Shown in pieces: positions 13,425 through 26,147 of a stretch of 64,000 bases of DNA. The position numbers were made by a program, and so were the translations under genes. Position 1 is the first letter of the stretch, and the number at the start of each line of letters is the position of its first letter. The notes beneath the pieces are model-generated. The model searched no databases. It was not told the DNA's origin and worked only from the letters and a program-made list of their open reading frames with translations. Origin of the DNA: Eledone cirrhosa (Eukaryota); the NCBI GenBank assembly GCA_964016885.1, contig OZ024744.1, positions 40,672,001 through 40,736,000 on the forward strand, given 5' to 3'.

Positions 13425-16202
13425 TTCGTTTAACGTCCATCTTCCAGCATGGGTTAGACGGGAGTTGTCCCACATGAGGCAGGGTTCGTCGAGTGACCGT
13501 GTCTCGCTCATATAGGACTATCTGGCAGGTTTTCTATGGCTGGATGCCCTTCCTAACACCAACCACATTACAGCGTGGAATGTGTGTTTTTTTGTCGGAC
13601 ACCTACACGATCTCAATCTCATTATCTCATTTATTTGGACTGAATGTTGAGGTACCAACTTTACAGAGAGAGGGTGGTGTTGGTGGGAGTGGGGGGATGG
13701 AGTAGGGGTAGTGGGATGGGGGTGTATATTTGGTTAAGAGGTGCTTATGACTGTAGGTTTCGCTTTGTACATAGACAAGGCGGGTCTTCTGTATTACTGC
13801 GTAGCGCCAAAGATCTCGGTCCAGTGACATTGTCTTAGAGAGGTGCAAGTGTGTAAGGACGGAATTTATCAAATCGTCCCAGGTTTTTCTGGGTCTACTA
13901 ATCATCAATTTTGATCGCCCTGCACTGTTTTATATGTCGACTTTCATGCGCATCACGTGACCATAGCAACGTAGTCTTCTCTCAAGTAAACAGCATCTGA
14001 TCCCTCTTATTCCTAATTTCTCACTCAGTTCATTTATGCTTTGCCGTTCACGTATATTACTATTACACATCCAACGGAGCATGCATGCTTCGTTCCTTTC
14101 CAGTCTGCGCAGGTACTCTGCACGTAATGCCCATGTCAAACTGCCATGTAGCATTACTGTTCGTATACAGGCATCATACAATCTGCCTTTCATTTTTAGA
14201 GAGAAACCTTTTGTGGCCAACAGCGGTATAAGCTCTCTGAACTTTTTCCATCTCTGACTACTGTACTTTCGGAGCACACTCCACCACTGCTGATTTTGTG
14301 ACCCAGGTAACGGAAAGTGTCCACTATTTCTATAGAAACATCTGGGCAATAGAAGGAGCTAGTATCCTGTGGGCACTTGCTACTTATTGCACCTGCGTAT
14401 CGGCCACATATAAAATCTACGTTCTTGGATAGTTTACATGTGATCCCACTACATCTTTTATGTACACATAGCTTGCATGTGGGACATAAAATGGAATTTC
14501 TGCCTACTCCTTTCCTACACACTGAGCATGGCCATTTCCCTGAAGGCACCTGTGCTCTATTTTCCTTTCTACAAACTAGAACTTTAGTCTTAGACAAGTT
14601 ATCTTTAAGGCCTTTTGATTCTAGGTCATTCTTCCATGTTTGGAATTTCTTCTCTAGTTCAGCCATAGATTCAGCTATGAGAGTTAGATCATCTGCGTAT
14701 AGGAGTTCCTATGGGCAGCCATTCTTAAACTCCTCTGTTTTAGCCTGAAGGGCAATAATAAATAGGAGGGGGCTAAGGACAGAGCCCTGATGAAGACCAA
14801 CTTTTACACTAAATTCTTCAAAATATTCATTGTTAATTCTAACCTTACTGATTGTTTCGTTATACATAGCTTATATAGTTCTCACAAGTCCTTCATCTAC
14901 ACCTAGTTTTTTAAAGGCTCACCAGGTAATGGAGCGGGGGAGGGGGGGACTCTGTCAAAGGCTTTCTCCAGGTCTACAAAAGCTAAGTAAAGGGATTTAC
15001 TTTTAGCTAGGTACTTCTCCTGTAGTTGTCGTACAAAGAAAAGAGCGTCTGTGGTAGTTTTGCCTGACACAAACCCAAACTGCATTTCATCTAGATCAAT
15101 TCGCTCTCTGATTAGTTGCGCTATAACTCTTTCTGTGACCTTCATGACCTGGTCAACTAACTTAATGCCTCTATAGTTTCCCTTATCTAGAGCATTCCCT
15201 TTACCCTTGTAGCAAATAATGATGATGATGCTACGCCAGTCTTTCGGTATGACCCCATTCTGTATTACTTGGTTAACGATACGGGTGACCATAGTGTGTC
15301 CCACCATACCAGATGCCTTCAACATCTCAGCAACTGTCTCCGAAGGCCCAGCTGCCTTGCCTGTCTTCATATCTTTGATTGCCTTACTTATTATACTACC
15401 TTCAACTTGCACTGCTTCTATTGGATCGATTTGGAGCAGACATTTTCCCATTTATTGTCCTCATTTAATAGTCTCTCGTAGTGACACTTCCAAGCTATCT
15501 TCTTATCAGTATCAGTGAGAAAAAGTACACCGTTATCATTACGGACACACTTTTCCCCGACAATATCACGGTTTTCCATGACACATTGTCTAGCAATCCT
15601 GAACACCTCACGTTTTTGATCCTCACGTTGTAGAACATGCTTGAACTTTCTATCCTCTGCTTCCCTTTTTGCAAGGTACACTTGTCTCCTAGCCTCTCTC
15701 CTGGCCACTTGATAGTGTTCTCTACTTCCCCCATCCTGCTATACTTTCCAAGCCTGCTTTTGGCCTTGATTGTCTCCTCCACCTTACTGTTTCACCACCA
15801 AGTTACTCTCCTCCTACAAATAGGTCTGCTCTAGCCACAGATTTCATCCGTTGCTTTCAGCTGGTTCACTTTCAAGAATTGCCACTGTTCCTCTATATCG
15901 CACGTCTCTAATTGCTCTTCCTTACTGTCAAAAGCATCACGTAATATGCTTTTAAATTTGTTACTGGCTGTGGGGTCCGTTAACTTCCATATTTTTCTCC
16001 TCAAGGTAGGCCTCCTCTGTCGTTGAGTAAGTCTCTTTCTGACTATGAGGTCACTAACTACTAGGCTATGTTGGGAGGTGCATTCTTCACGGGGGAGGGA
16101 TTTAGTGTTTACAACATACACTTTGTCACATCTTCTAGAAAGGATATAATCTATCTGGCTGGCGTGTTCCCCTGATCTATAGGTGATCAAGTGGTTTTCT
16201 CA
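13392..16202 (-). mobile_element. RTE-clade LINE, 5'-truncated within APE, frameshifted
   Basis: QIDYIL/SQHSLV (APE), NYRGI, QFGF, FVDLEKAFDRV, YADD; (GAT)n tail at 13392-13425. Confidence 0.9.
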
Positions 16203-16262
16203 TTTACAGTATATATATATATATATATATATATATCTATATATATATGAGCTCACTGAGTT

Positions 16263-17280
16263 GAAAAGTCGGGGATGTTTGAAATTCTACAACTCTATGG
16301 GATTCCTGATAAAATCATCGCGGCCATACGTGTAATGTATACAGATACCAAATCAACTGTCCTGACCCCAGATGGGGAAACACCACCTTTCTCAATCCTC
16401 GCTGGAATTTTACAGGGCGATACCCTTGCTCCGTATTTATTTATCATTGTTGTGGATTATGTTTTGCGCATGTCTGTGGATAGGATTCAGGATAGGGGAT
16501 ACCAACTACAGCCTAGGAGAAGCTCACACTATCCAACAAAATACTTGACCGACACCGACTTTGCTGACGACATCGCATTGATCAGTCGGTCACTGGAAAA
16601 TGCTGAGAGTCTTTTGAAGTCATTAGAGCAAGCGTCCAACTGTGTTGGACTGTGCCTCAAAGAATCCAAGACTGAGTGTGTGAACAGATGCGCAAACAGC
16701 CCAAACTACCCATCAGAACCCTTAATGGTACCACCCTTAAGCAGGTGGAAGATTACAAGTATCTTGGCTCATATATCTCCTCCTCTAAATAAGATTTTCT
16801 AACCAGGAATGGTATGGCATGGTCAGCGTGCAATGACATGCATGCCATATGGACATCTCAACTTACCAAAATGCTAAAACTGGAAATATTCCAAGCAACC
16901 ATTAAGCCCATATTACTTTATGGATCCGAAACTTTGACACTAACATCACAACTTGAGAGGAGATTGGATGGCACATATACCCGCCTCTTAATGAGAGTGC
17001 AAAACCTATCCTGGAAACGACATCCCACCTTGTCTAAAAAATCCCGGAGAGCTCAATTTGCTGGCCACTGTCACCGTGCCAGCAATGAAAGCATATCCGC
17101 TGTCTTGCTCTGGAACCCTGACTCCAGCCTGACTAGGAGTAGGAAGCTGTCATTCCCTGACGTTATCTCTAGGGATACGGGAATCAGCAGACAGGACTCG
17201 GGGGCAGCGATGGGGGACAGGGGATTCTGGGGCATGAGAGTGAGATCCATCATCTCGACAGTAGTCGACGAGTGATGTGA

Positions 17281-17281
<1 letters not shown>
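16263..17281 (+). mobile_element. 3' part of a second, distinct RTE-like LINE family (no PHD insert)
   Basis: GILQGDTLAPYLFII, DFADD, PILLYGSET; flanked by (TA)n. Confidence 0.85.
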
Positions 17282-17325
<44 letters not shown>

Positions 17326-17496
17326 ACGTAACATCACTGCCACGTAACATCGCTGTTCGTATGCAGGCATCATACAATCTGCCTTTCATTTTTTGAGAGA
17401 AACACTTAGCGGCCTTTAGTGGTATACACTCTCTGAACTTTTTCCATCCCGTTCTGACTCTAGCTACAGTACTTTCGGATATATATATATATGTAC

Positions 17497-17565
<69 letters not shown>

Positions 17566-17568
<3 letters not shown>

Positions 17569-18215
17569 GATATTAAATAAATGGAAACTATATTTATAAA
17601 ACCATATTTATTTCATTATATATATTTCAGGGATATCATATTAACAATATGTTATGCCTTCTTCAGACAAAATACAATATAGACAGTTTTATAGATAAAT
17701 AGATTTGACATACCGGATGTTCAACTACCTACTTTTCTCTATATATATCTATCTCTATCTATTTCCTCTCTCTATATATCTCTCTCTGTTTCTTTACATG
17801 AAGTTCTTCTCTTTATCTATCTTTCCATCTCTATTTTGTTGCATGCATTTCTTCTTTTTTTTTTCTTCTTTTTCTTCGTTTTCTTTCTTTCTTTCCTTCT
17901 TTCTTTCTTTCTTTCTTTCTGTTTACAATTTTTCACTGCCAAATCAACTTTTTCAAATACAAGTCGATGTTGAACGGTATGTCAAATCTATTTATCTATA
18001 AAACTGTCTATATTGTATTTTGTCTGAAGAAGGCATAACATATTGTTAATATGATATCCCTGAAATATATATAATGAAATAAATATGGTTTTATAAATAT
18101 AGTTTCCATTTATTTAATATCGTAAATATACTCCAAATACTTGTTGAGTGCTTTTATATCAGTTATAAATATTTACTAGTTGTAACCCAACAATTTAAAT
18201 ATAACTTTCCATATA
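17566..18215. mobile_element. PLE-type pLTR fragment with inverted 5' copy (arms 17566-17714 and 17975-18124)
   Basis: About 150-bp near-perfect inverted repeat containing a hammerhead; flanked by (TA)n. Confidence 0.75.
18016..18081 (+). ncRNA. minimal type I hammerhead ribozyme (mirror copy on - strand at about 17608-17673)
   Basis: Stem I tattttgt/atgaaata; CTGAAGA; stem II agg..ata.catatt/aatatg.tat..cct; GAAA; palindromic tatata; AUA. Confidence 0.65.
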
Positions 18216-18492
18216 TATATATATATTTATTATTTATTAAAATAACAGATTAAAGTTTAAGCAAAGAATCGCTGCTTTCACCCTTAACGGGATCTTCTGA
18301 AACTAACAAAGTCAATCTGTAAACGCAGAACTGGATATTTCAAAAAACGTTGCAAAGGGTGAAAGCAGCGATTCTTTGCTTAAACTTTAATCTGTTATTT
18401 TAATAAATATTTGTTCTACGGTTCTTATATATTTGATATATATTTTCCTTATCGAGCCCTCTTTGGATTTTAGTCTTCAATTTTATTATTAT

Positions 18493-18567
<75 letters not shown>

Positions 18568-18577
18568 TATATATATA

Positions 18578-19492
18578 TCCGAAAGTACTGTAGCTAGAGT
18601 CAGAACGGGATGGAAAAAGTTCAGAGAGTTTATACCACAAAAGGCCGCTAAGTGTTTCTCTCAAAATATGAAAGGCAGATTGTATGATGCCTGCATACGA
18701 ACAGCGATGTTACGTGGCAGTGAGACATGGGCCTTGTGTGCAGAGGATCTACGCAGACTGGAGAGGAATGAAGCTTGCATGCTCCGTTGGATGTGTAATA
18801 GTAATATACGTGAACGGCAAAGTATAAATGAACTAAGTGAGAAATTAGGAATAAGAGGAATCAGATGTTGTTTACTCGAGAGAAGACTACGTTGGTATGG
18901 TCACGTGGTGCGCATGAAAGACGACAGCTGTATAAAAAAATGCAAGAGCGATAAAAATAGATGGTAGCTACGGAGTAGGCAGACCCAGAAAAACCTGGGA
19001 CGACTTGATAAATTCCTACCTCACACACTTACACCTCTTCAAGACAATGTCACTGGACCGAGATCTTTGGCGCTACGCAGTAATACAGAAGACCCGCCTT
19101 GCCTAAGTACAAAGCGAAACCTACAGTCAGTAGGCACCTCTTAACCAAATATACACCCCCGTCCCACTACCTCTATCCCCACCGCCATCTACACCACACC
19201 TTTCGGTGTAAAGTTATGTTGGTACCATAACATCCAGTCCGAAATAAATGGGGTCGTGTAGGTGTCACAACAAAAAAACACAATCTAAGCTGTAATGTAG
19301 CCATGTAGGTAACACGGTAAAAACCTCCCAGTCCACACTGTAAATGTGGTTGGTGTTAGGAAGGGCATCCAGCTGTAGAAAACCCGCCAGACAGTCCTGA
19401 GCAAGACAACCAATCTTGCCTCAAGTGGGACAATCCCCGTCCAGACCCATGCAAGCGTGGAAGGTGGACGTTAAACGATGATGATGATGATG
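18578..19492 (+). mobile_element. RTE LINE 3' fragment, with an inverted partial copy at about 17333-17478
   Basis: ARVRTGWKKF...LRWYGHV...GRPRKTW, conserved 3'UTR, (GAT)n tail. Confidence 0.9.
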
Positions 19493-19619
19493 ATAAATAT
19501 ATATACTGTAAATGTGATCAACAAGATCCCATCCCCCATTCGCTTAATGAATGAGGTGGAGCTTGTCAAATCTGACTGAGGAAAGAATGTTTCCATTTGT
19601 CTTTCCAATTTCTAATACT

Positions 19620-19765
19620 ATCTATAGCTCGCAAATCCAGATAGAAGGAGCAACGTGAAATAAAGTGTCTTGCTCAAGGACATTAAGCATCGCCTTGTAC
19701 AGAAATAGAACTCACAACCTCATGATTGCGAATCTAATTCTCTAACCACTCAGCCACGCATCTTC
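19620..19765 (-). mobile_element. CORE-like tRNA SINE
   Basis: Reverse complement of the head and ccttgagcaagacactttatttcac domain seen at 62385. Confidence 0.7.
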
Positions 19766-21218
19766 CCATGTGGTTGGTGTTAGGAAGGGCATCCAGCTGT
19801 AAAAACCCCGACCAAATTTAGAGTACCGTTTGAGCAAGGTCCAGCATGGCCAATTCTGTCAAGATTTTTTTTTTGATGCAGACGATACATCTGACCCATG
19901 CAAGCATGGAAACATTGGATGTCAAATGGTGATATACTAGCCTATTACCAATCAAAAATGATACAGTTTAGAATAGAACAAATTCTCTGTGAAGATGCTT
20001 AAATCTTTGATTATCTTGAACTTTCGCTCTCTTGTCACTACAAATATTGCCATATTTCATTTTACATTGATTTAAGTCAATTACAATAATTTTCATCTAA
20101 ATTTTCTTTAATTATTATTAAACATATATCCACTAAATTATCGTGACATTGTTCTGACTATGTACCTAGCTAGCTGCCTTTGGATTGCTTTTGGACTTGT
20201 ACTTTGTTATTGCTGTTATTGTTGATCTTGACTGAAGGCAGATACATTGGTAACTATACATCTATCAAGATAGATGTATTTGTGAGTGTGAGTGTAGGTC
20301 GTTAGTTAGGAAGTATGACACCAAGAATAGACATTAACAATGTCTTATCAAAATCATCATCAGCCCTTATCTAAAAACATTTTAACGGTGCCATAAATTA
20401 TGATAAATTTGACAACTACCTAAAACGTATATACAACAAACATTCTGTGTTGCTCACAAGCTGGGATGGCCAAACGCACTTGACCAATCAATGGTAAGCA
20501 CCACTGACCATGGCGAACCACGCCCATCAAAAACATTTTATCCCATGCATCCAAGATCTCATCTACAGTACTCTACCTCCTCCTCTACCTATTTTCTTCT
20601 TTTCTTCTTCCCTTCTATTGCATTTATCTTCCCACACTCCCTCAGGTGTGTAAATATCTTTTTTTTTGTATATTACAGTGAATTTTTGTGTATTTTTGTA
20701 CATTATTCTATGTGTAACTTATAAGGCTGCCGTGATGAATATCTGGCTCTCTGTTTTGATATTCGCCAGTAACATTGTCATTATTTTCTGTATTTTGTAA
20801 ATTGAGTTTTCACAATTGATTATTGAGACTAGCGATTTCAAGACAAAAATCGATAACACCTGGTGATGAAACATATGTAAATGCTTGTAATAAAGCCTAC
20901 AATATCGCTTATCTGTGTTAATCCACTTTTTACCTTTTGTAACTACTCCAAGGATTACTGATCACGGAACTATCAAGGAACTACACTTCGATCAACCTAC
21001 CATAGTAAACATCTTGTTGAAACAACCACCACTGTATGCTGAAACACTCCTCGTTATAGGCTACCTTAACCCTGAACTAGGGAAACCCAATACGTTTACT
21101 TATATATATATATACACATATATATATAAGTTATTAAGACATTTCAATGAATTATGAGTAAAACAGACTTTTTAGTTTCTCTAGTTTATATTCCAACAAA
21201 TTGAGATTTTGGATAAAG

Positions 21219-21285
<67 letters not shown>

Positions 21286-22134
21286 TATGTATACGTACAT
21301 ACATATATGTATACAGACGTACAGTAGTATGTATATATATATACATACATGCACACACATATATATATATGTACGTATGGATTCACCGAACATTTATTAT
21401 AATGCTCGGTGTGTTTGTAAACAAACATCCCGTATTAAGCCGTAGTGTCTATCAACCATCGTTCCTCATTTGTTCAACACTGACAGGGGAACGCTGTACT
21501 AGTTTCAAGCTTATTAGCTATCGTCAGCAACGTATACCTTCCTGCCAGATGATTGAACGTCTGAAAGTATATACTTTCCTTATGCATATTAACGGCTGAG
21601 CAGCCTAATGTGCATATTGAGTGAGTTAATCGGCCGGGCGCACCGAAAACGATAAACGGAAAAGATGAAACGAAATTTCATTTCTCACTCTTAGTGCGGC
21701 TGTTACTTAAATATAAGTATGTATACGTACATACATATATGTATACAGACGTACAGTAGTATGAATATATATATACATGAACACATATATATATGTACGT
21801 ATGGATTCACCGAACATTTATTATAATGCTCGGTGTGTTTGTAAACAAACATCCCGAATTAAGTCGTACAGTGTCTAGCAACCATCGTTGCTCATTTGTT
21901 CAATACTGACAAAGGAACGCTGTACTAGTTTCAAGCTTATTAGCTATCGTCAGATGATTGAACGTCTGAAAGTATATACTTTCCTTATGCATATTAACGG
22001 CTGAGCAGCCTAATTTTATCGTTTTCGGTGCGCCCGGCCGATTAACTCACTCGATATGCAAATTAGGTTCAACCGTTAATATGCATAAGGAATGTATATA
22101 CTTTCAGACGTTCAATCATCTGGTAGGAAGTTAT

Positions 22135-22177
22135 ACGTTGCTGACGATAGCTAATAAGCTTGAAACTAGTACAGCGT
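22135..22177 (+). ncRNA. minimal type I hammerhead ribozyme, family A reference copy
   Basis: acgttg CTGACGA t-agct-aata-agct-t GAAA ctag TA cagcgt: all core nucleotides, stems I and II, palindromic stem III, GUA site. Confidence 0.88.
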
Positions 22178-22492
22178 TCCTTTGTCAGTGTTGAAGAAAT
22201 GAGCAACGATGGTTGCTAGACACTGTACGGCTTAATTCGGGATGTTTGTTTACAAACACACCGAGCATTATAATAAATGTTCGGTGAATCCATACGTACA
22301 TATATATATATATGTGTGTTCATGTATGTATATATATATATATACATACTACTGTACGTCTGTATACATATATGTATGTACGTATACATACTTATATTTA
22401 AGTAACAATCGTACTAAGAGTGAGAAATGAAATTTCGTTTCATTTTTTCCATTTAACGTTTTCGGTGCGCCCGGCCGATTAACTCACTCGAT

Positions 22493-22545
22493 ATGCAAAT
22501 TAGGCTGCTCAGCCGTTAATATGCATAAGGAAAGTATATACTTTC
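22493..22545 (+). promoter_or_regulatory. putative snRNA/H1-type promoter cassette (octamer, PSE-like, TATA) in family A unit
   Basis: ATGCAAAT 22493-500 and TATATA 22535-40; equivalent spacing in families B and C. Confidence 0.5.
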
Positions 22546-22967
22546 AGACGTTCAATCATCTGGTAGGAAGGTATACGTTGCTGACGATAGCTAATAATCT
22601 TGAAACTAGTACAGCGTTCCTTTGTCAGTGTTGAACAAATGAGCAACGATGGTTGCTAGACACTGTACGGCTTAATTCGGGATGTTTGTTTACAAACACA
22701 CCGAGCATTATAATAAATGTTCGGTGAATCCATACGTACATATATATATATATATGTGTGTTCATGTATGTATATATATATATACATACTACTGTACGTC
22801 TGTATACATATATGTATGTACGTATACATACTTATATTTAAGTAACAGCCGTACTAAGAGTGAGAAATGAAATTTCGTTTCATTTTTTCCGTTTATATAT
22901 ATATATATAAGAAAGTGAGGTTTTTTTTTACAAAATGAAAAATAACCGGTGTCCTACACGTGTGAAA

Positions 22968-23751
22968 GTATAAAGGAAAAAAGATGAAATAGAAAATGCA
23001 ATTGGAGTCTTATTTTAAAATATATATATATATTTATTTGGTTCCTTTACCGGTTTCACAGTTCTTCTGCTTTTCAAAAGTAGAATTGAGATGGAGGGTC
23101 TGTGGTTTTTCTCACATCTGGTTGGTCTCTGAATGTTACTTGTTTTATATGGAAAAAGTGGCTCGAAATGCCAGGTTTTTCGAGAAGTAATTTGATTGGT
23201 TGGTCAATAATTATAATAAATTTCGTGTTACAAAGGAGGGTGGGGGTGTCACAGGTTGTTTTTTCATATATGAGTGATTGTATTTCTTTTTACTTAAAAA
23301 AAAGTGGTTCACGAAGGCTTTTTTTTAATAGACGTAATTTGATTGGTTATAATTTCATTTATAACCAATCAAATTACGTTTATTTAAAAAAAGCCTTCGT
23401 GAGCCCCCTTTTTTTAAGTAAAAAGAAATACAATCACTCATATATGAAAAAATAACCTGTGACACCCCCCCCCCCCCCCCCCTTTGTAACGTGAACTGGC
23501 GCGAAATTTATTATAATTATTGACCAACCAATCAAATTACTTCTCGAAAAACCTGGCATTTCGAGCCACTTTTTCCATATAAAACAAGTATCATTCAAAG
23601 ACCAACCAGATGTGAGAAAAACCACAGACCCTCCATCTCAACTCTACTTTTGAAAAGCAGAAGAACTGCAAAACCGGTAAAGGAACCAAATAAATATATA
23701 TATTTTTTTTAAAATAAGACTCCAGTTGCATTTTCGATTTCATCTTTTTTT

Positions 23752-23758
<7 letters not shown>
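22968..23758. repeat. about 790-bp fold-back palindrome, centre near 23355, flanked by (TA)n
   Basis: Arms are reverse complements with few mismatches (ORFs 23102+ and 23434- encode the same peptide start). Confidence 0.9.
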
Positions 23759-23786
<28 letters not shown>

Positions 23787-24626
23787 GGAATTTGCTATCT
23801 TACAGATAGTGTATTTGTCTTGCTATATATATATGCTTTACTATAATGTTTGCTTAGTAAGTCTTCCCTAAGCGCATTTTAGTGGCCAAAGGTTTATAGT
23901 GAGAACTAACCTCATAAAGTGCTTATGGTAAATCAACTTTATTGTTTCTCTAATTCTAACTCTAAACTGCATATATTGACTACATTCAATGACATACACT
24001 GTGTATTGTTTACCCATAATTTTAAAACGAAAATATTTATTTAGATATCAGTTGATTATAATAGTTGTGATTATAGGGCTAATCGCACCTGACCACAGGA
24101 CCACAACTAATTATGACAATGAGTAGGAGGTTTTTGACTCTCCCACAGCAATAAAAACAATTATAATGATTGCATTACCCAGACATGTCATGAATTAATA
24201 TCAGTATCAACTTCACTGATAGCTGATTCAGCTGTCTAGTATAAATAAAGTAAAGAGATTGATAGGTTTTGAAGCTGTTATCAATTTTGAAGATCGGTGA
24301 TGATCATAAAAATAATTTCCTACATAATAACAAGGCTAGACATATTTGGTTGATAGGTATAATCAATTAGATCAATATACAGTCCTTAACTTATTTTATA
24401 AATCCCTGGTGGCAATTTGATTTTCTTTATGACAACAATAACAACACCTTAGTGTCCTTCCCTGCAAGATCAGAAAATATGAGCTACAGAAGATCAGGCT
24501 ACTAGGAACAGCACACATTTCCAGATGAGTTCTCTCTCTACAATGAAAACATCTATTGCCAGGTTCAAAGCCTGAACCTGGCAATAGAGAAACAGAACTG
24601 AGTTAAATGGAATAACACAACAATAA

Positions 24627-24816
24627 TAATAATTGTTTCTACTTTTGGCACAAGGCCAGCAATTACCCAGTACATTACTGGTACTTTATGTTATCGACCC
24701 CGTAAGGATGAAAGGCAAAGTTAATCTCGGCGGGATTTGAACTCAGAATGGCAAGGGCCGTAACTTTATGCGTCAAGGCATTGCGTCCAACCCCCTACCG
24801 ATACTGCCAATCCACC
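24627..24816 (-). mobile_element. Meta/MESC-like SINE
   Basis: Near-identical to 1820-2010. Confidence 0.85.
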
Positions 24817-25224
24817 ATGCTTTCTGATTTAGGCACAAGGCCAACAATTTTGAGGGAAGGGAAAAGTCAATTAAATCAATGTTATTGGTGTTTATTTTAT
24901 CGACCCCATAAGAATGAAAGGCTAACCTTTGAACTCACAACATAACGGGATATAACAATATGCCACAAAGCATGCTGACTGTCACACTACCAATACTGCA
25001 ATCCATAATAATTATAATAAAGTTGCCTCAATAAAAGAAATACTGGTGGTTATGACATCTTATCAGCACAAACCTCATTATGAATGGAAAATGTCTTTAA
25101 ACAATTCATTGAGCCATCACGTGAATGAAACTGGAACAGATAACAGTTAAAATCTATCATCTCTCACACTGGCAGATGTCCCACATGACAGCAGAGTGTG
25201 CCTGGTTGTTATATAACTACTGCT

Positions 25225-25420
25225 AAGAAAATGAAAAGTGGGGAGATCAACTGGAAAGATTTAAAGTTTACTGTGATGATATGTTATCCAAGAAGTGATC
25301 CAGAGAAACTAGGCTACGTGGATAGAATGAGATGGATATGGGTAGACAAAGAAATGTTTGAATTGATACATCAATGCTTGAGTGATCAAGTAAGACAGAT
25401 ACAGAAAAATGATGGCAGAA
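25225..25420 (+). pseudogene. N-terminal fragment of an R4/Dong-like non-LTR ORF
   Basis: VMICYPRSDPEKLGYVDRMRWIW...QCLSDQVRQIQK resembles the CY.S.P..GY..RM..IW...Q.L.DQ.R.I N-terminus of RLE elements. Confidence 0.5.
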
Positions 25421-25444
25421 TGATGTGCAAATATATGAAACAAC

Positions 25445-26097
25445 AGAGATCTCGATCCTGTGCCATCGCATTGTGCAAGGACGGCTTTTATCAGCTTATC
25501 CCAAATCTTCCTACTCCATGGCTTCCATCAACTTTGAGTGCTCTGCACCTTTTTATACAGCTGTCATCCTTCATACGTATCACATGCCCATACCAATGCA
25601 GTTTCCTCTCCTTCACATTGCATCTAATTTCTATTATGCCTAGTTTCTCTCTCAGTTCATTTATGCTTTGCCATTCATGTATATTACTATTACACGTCCA
25701 TCAAAGCATGCCAACATTATTTCTTTCAAATCTTTGTAGGTCTTCTACACACAGCACCCAGGCCTTGCCACCATGTGACATTGCTGTTTGTATACAGGCA
25801 TCATACAGTCTACCCTTCAATTTGAGCAAAAAGCCTTTTGTAGCTAGCTGTGGTAGTAGTTACCAGAACTTCTTCTGTCCCATTCTCATTCTGGCTACTG
25901 TACATTCAGAACACTTGCCTCTGCTGCTAATTTGGTCACCCAGGTAACAGAACCTGTATACCGCTTCTACCAAACCTTCCCAGAATTTAATAGAACTTGT
26001 TTCCTGTGGTTGTTTGCTGCTTCCTGCTCCAGTGCAATGGCTGCATGTAAAACCTACATCACCTAGCTAAATCACCTAAATCACCTGACATCCCACT
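25445..26097 (-). mobile_element. degraded RTE LINE 3' fragment
   Basis: Reverse-strand homology to the RTE C-terminus at 58800-59500. Confidence 0.8.
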
Positions 26098-26108
26098 ATA
26101 TATATATA

Positions 26109-26144
<36 letters not shown>

Positions 26145-26147
<3 letters not shown>

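Larger units (their letters stand above)
21280..22895. repeat. hammerhead-containing ~430-440 bp tandem repeat (family A); about 2 units - then 2 units +, inversion near 22015
   Basis: CTGACGA cores at 21521-27 (-), 21947-53 (-, stem I arm deleted), 22141-47 (+), 22581-87 (+). Confidence 0.9.
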
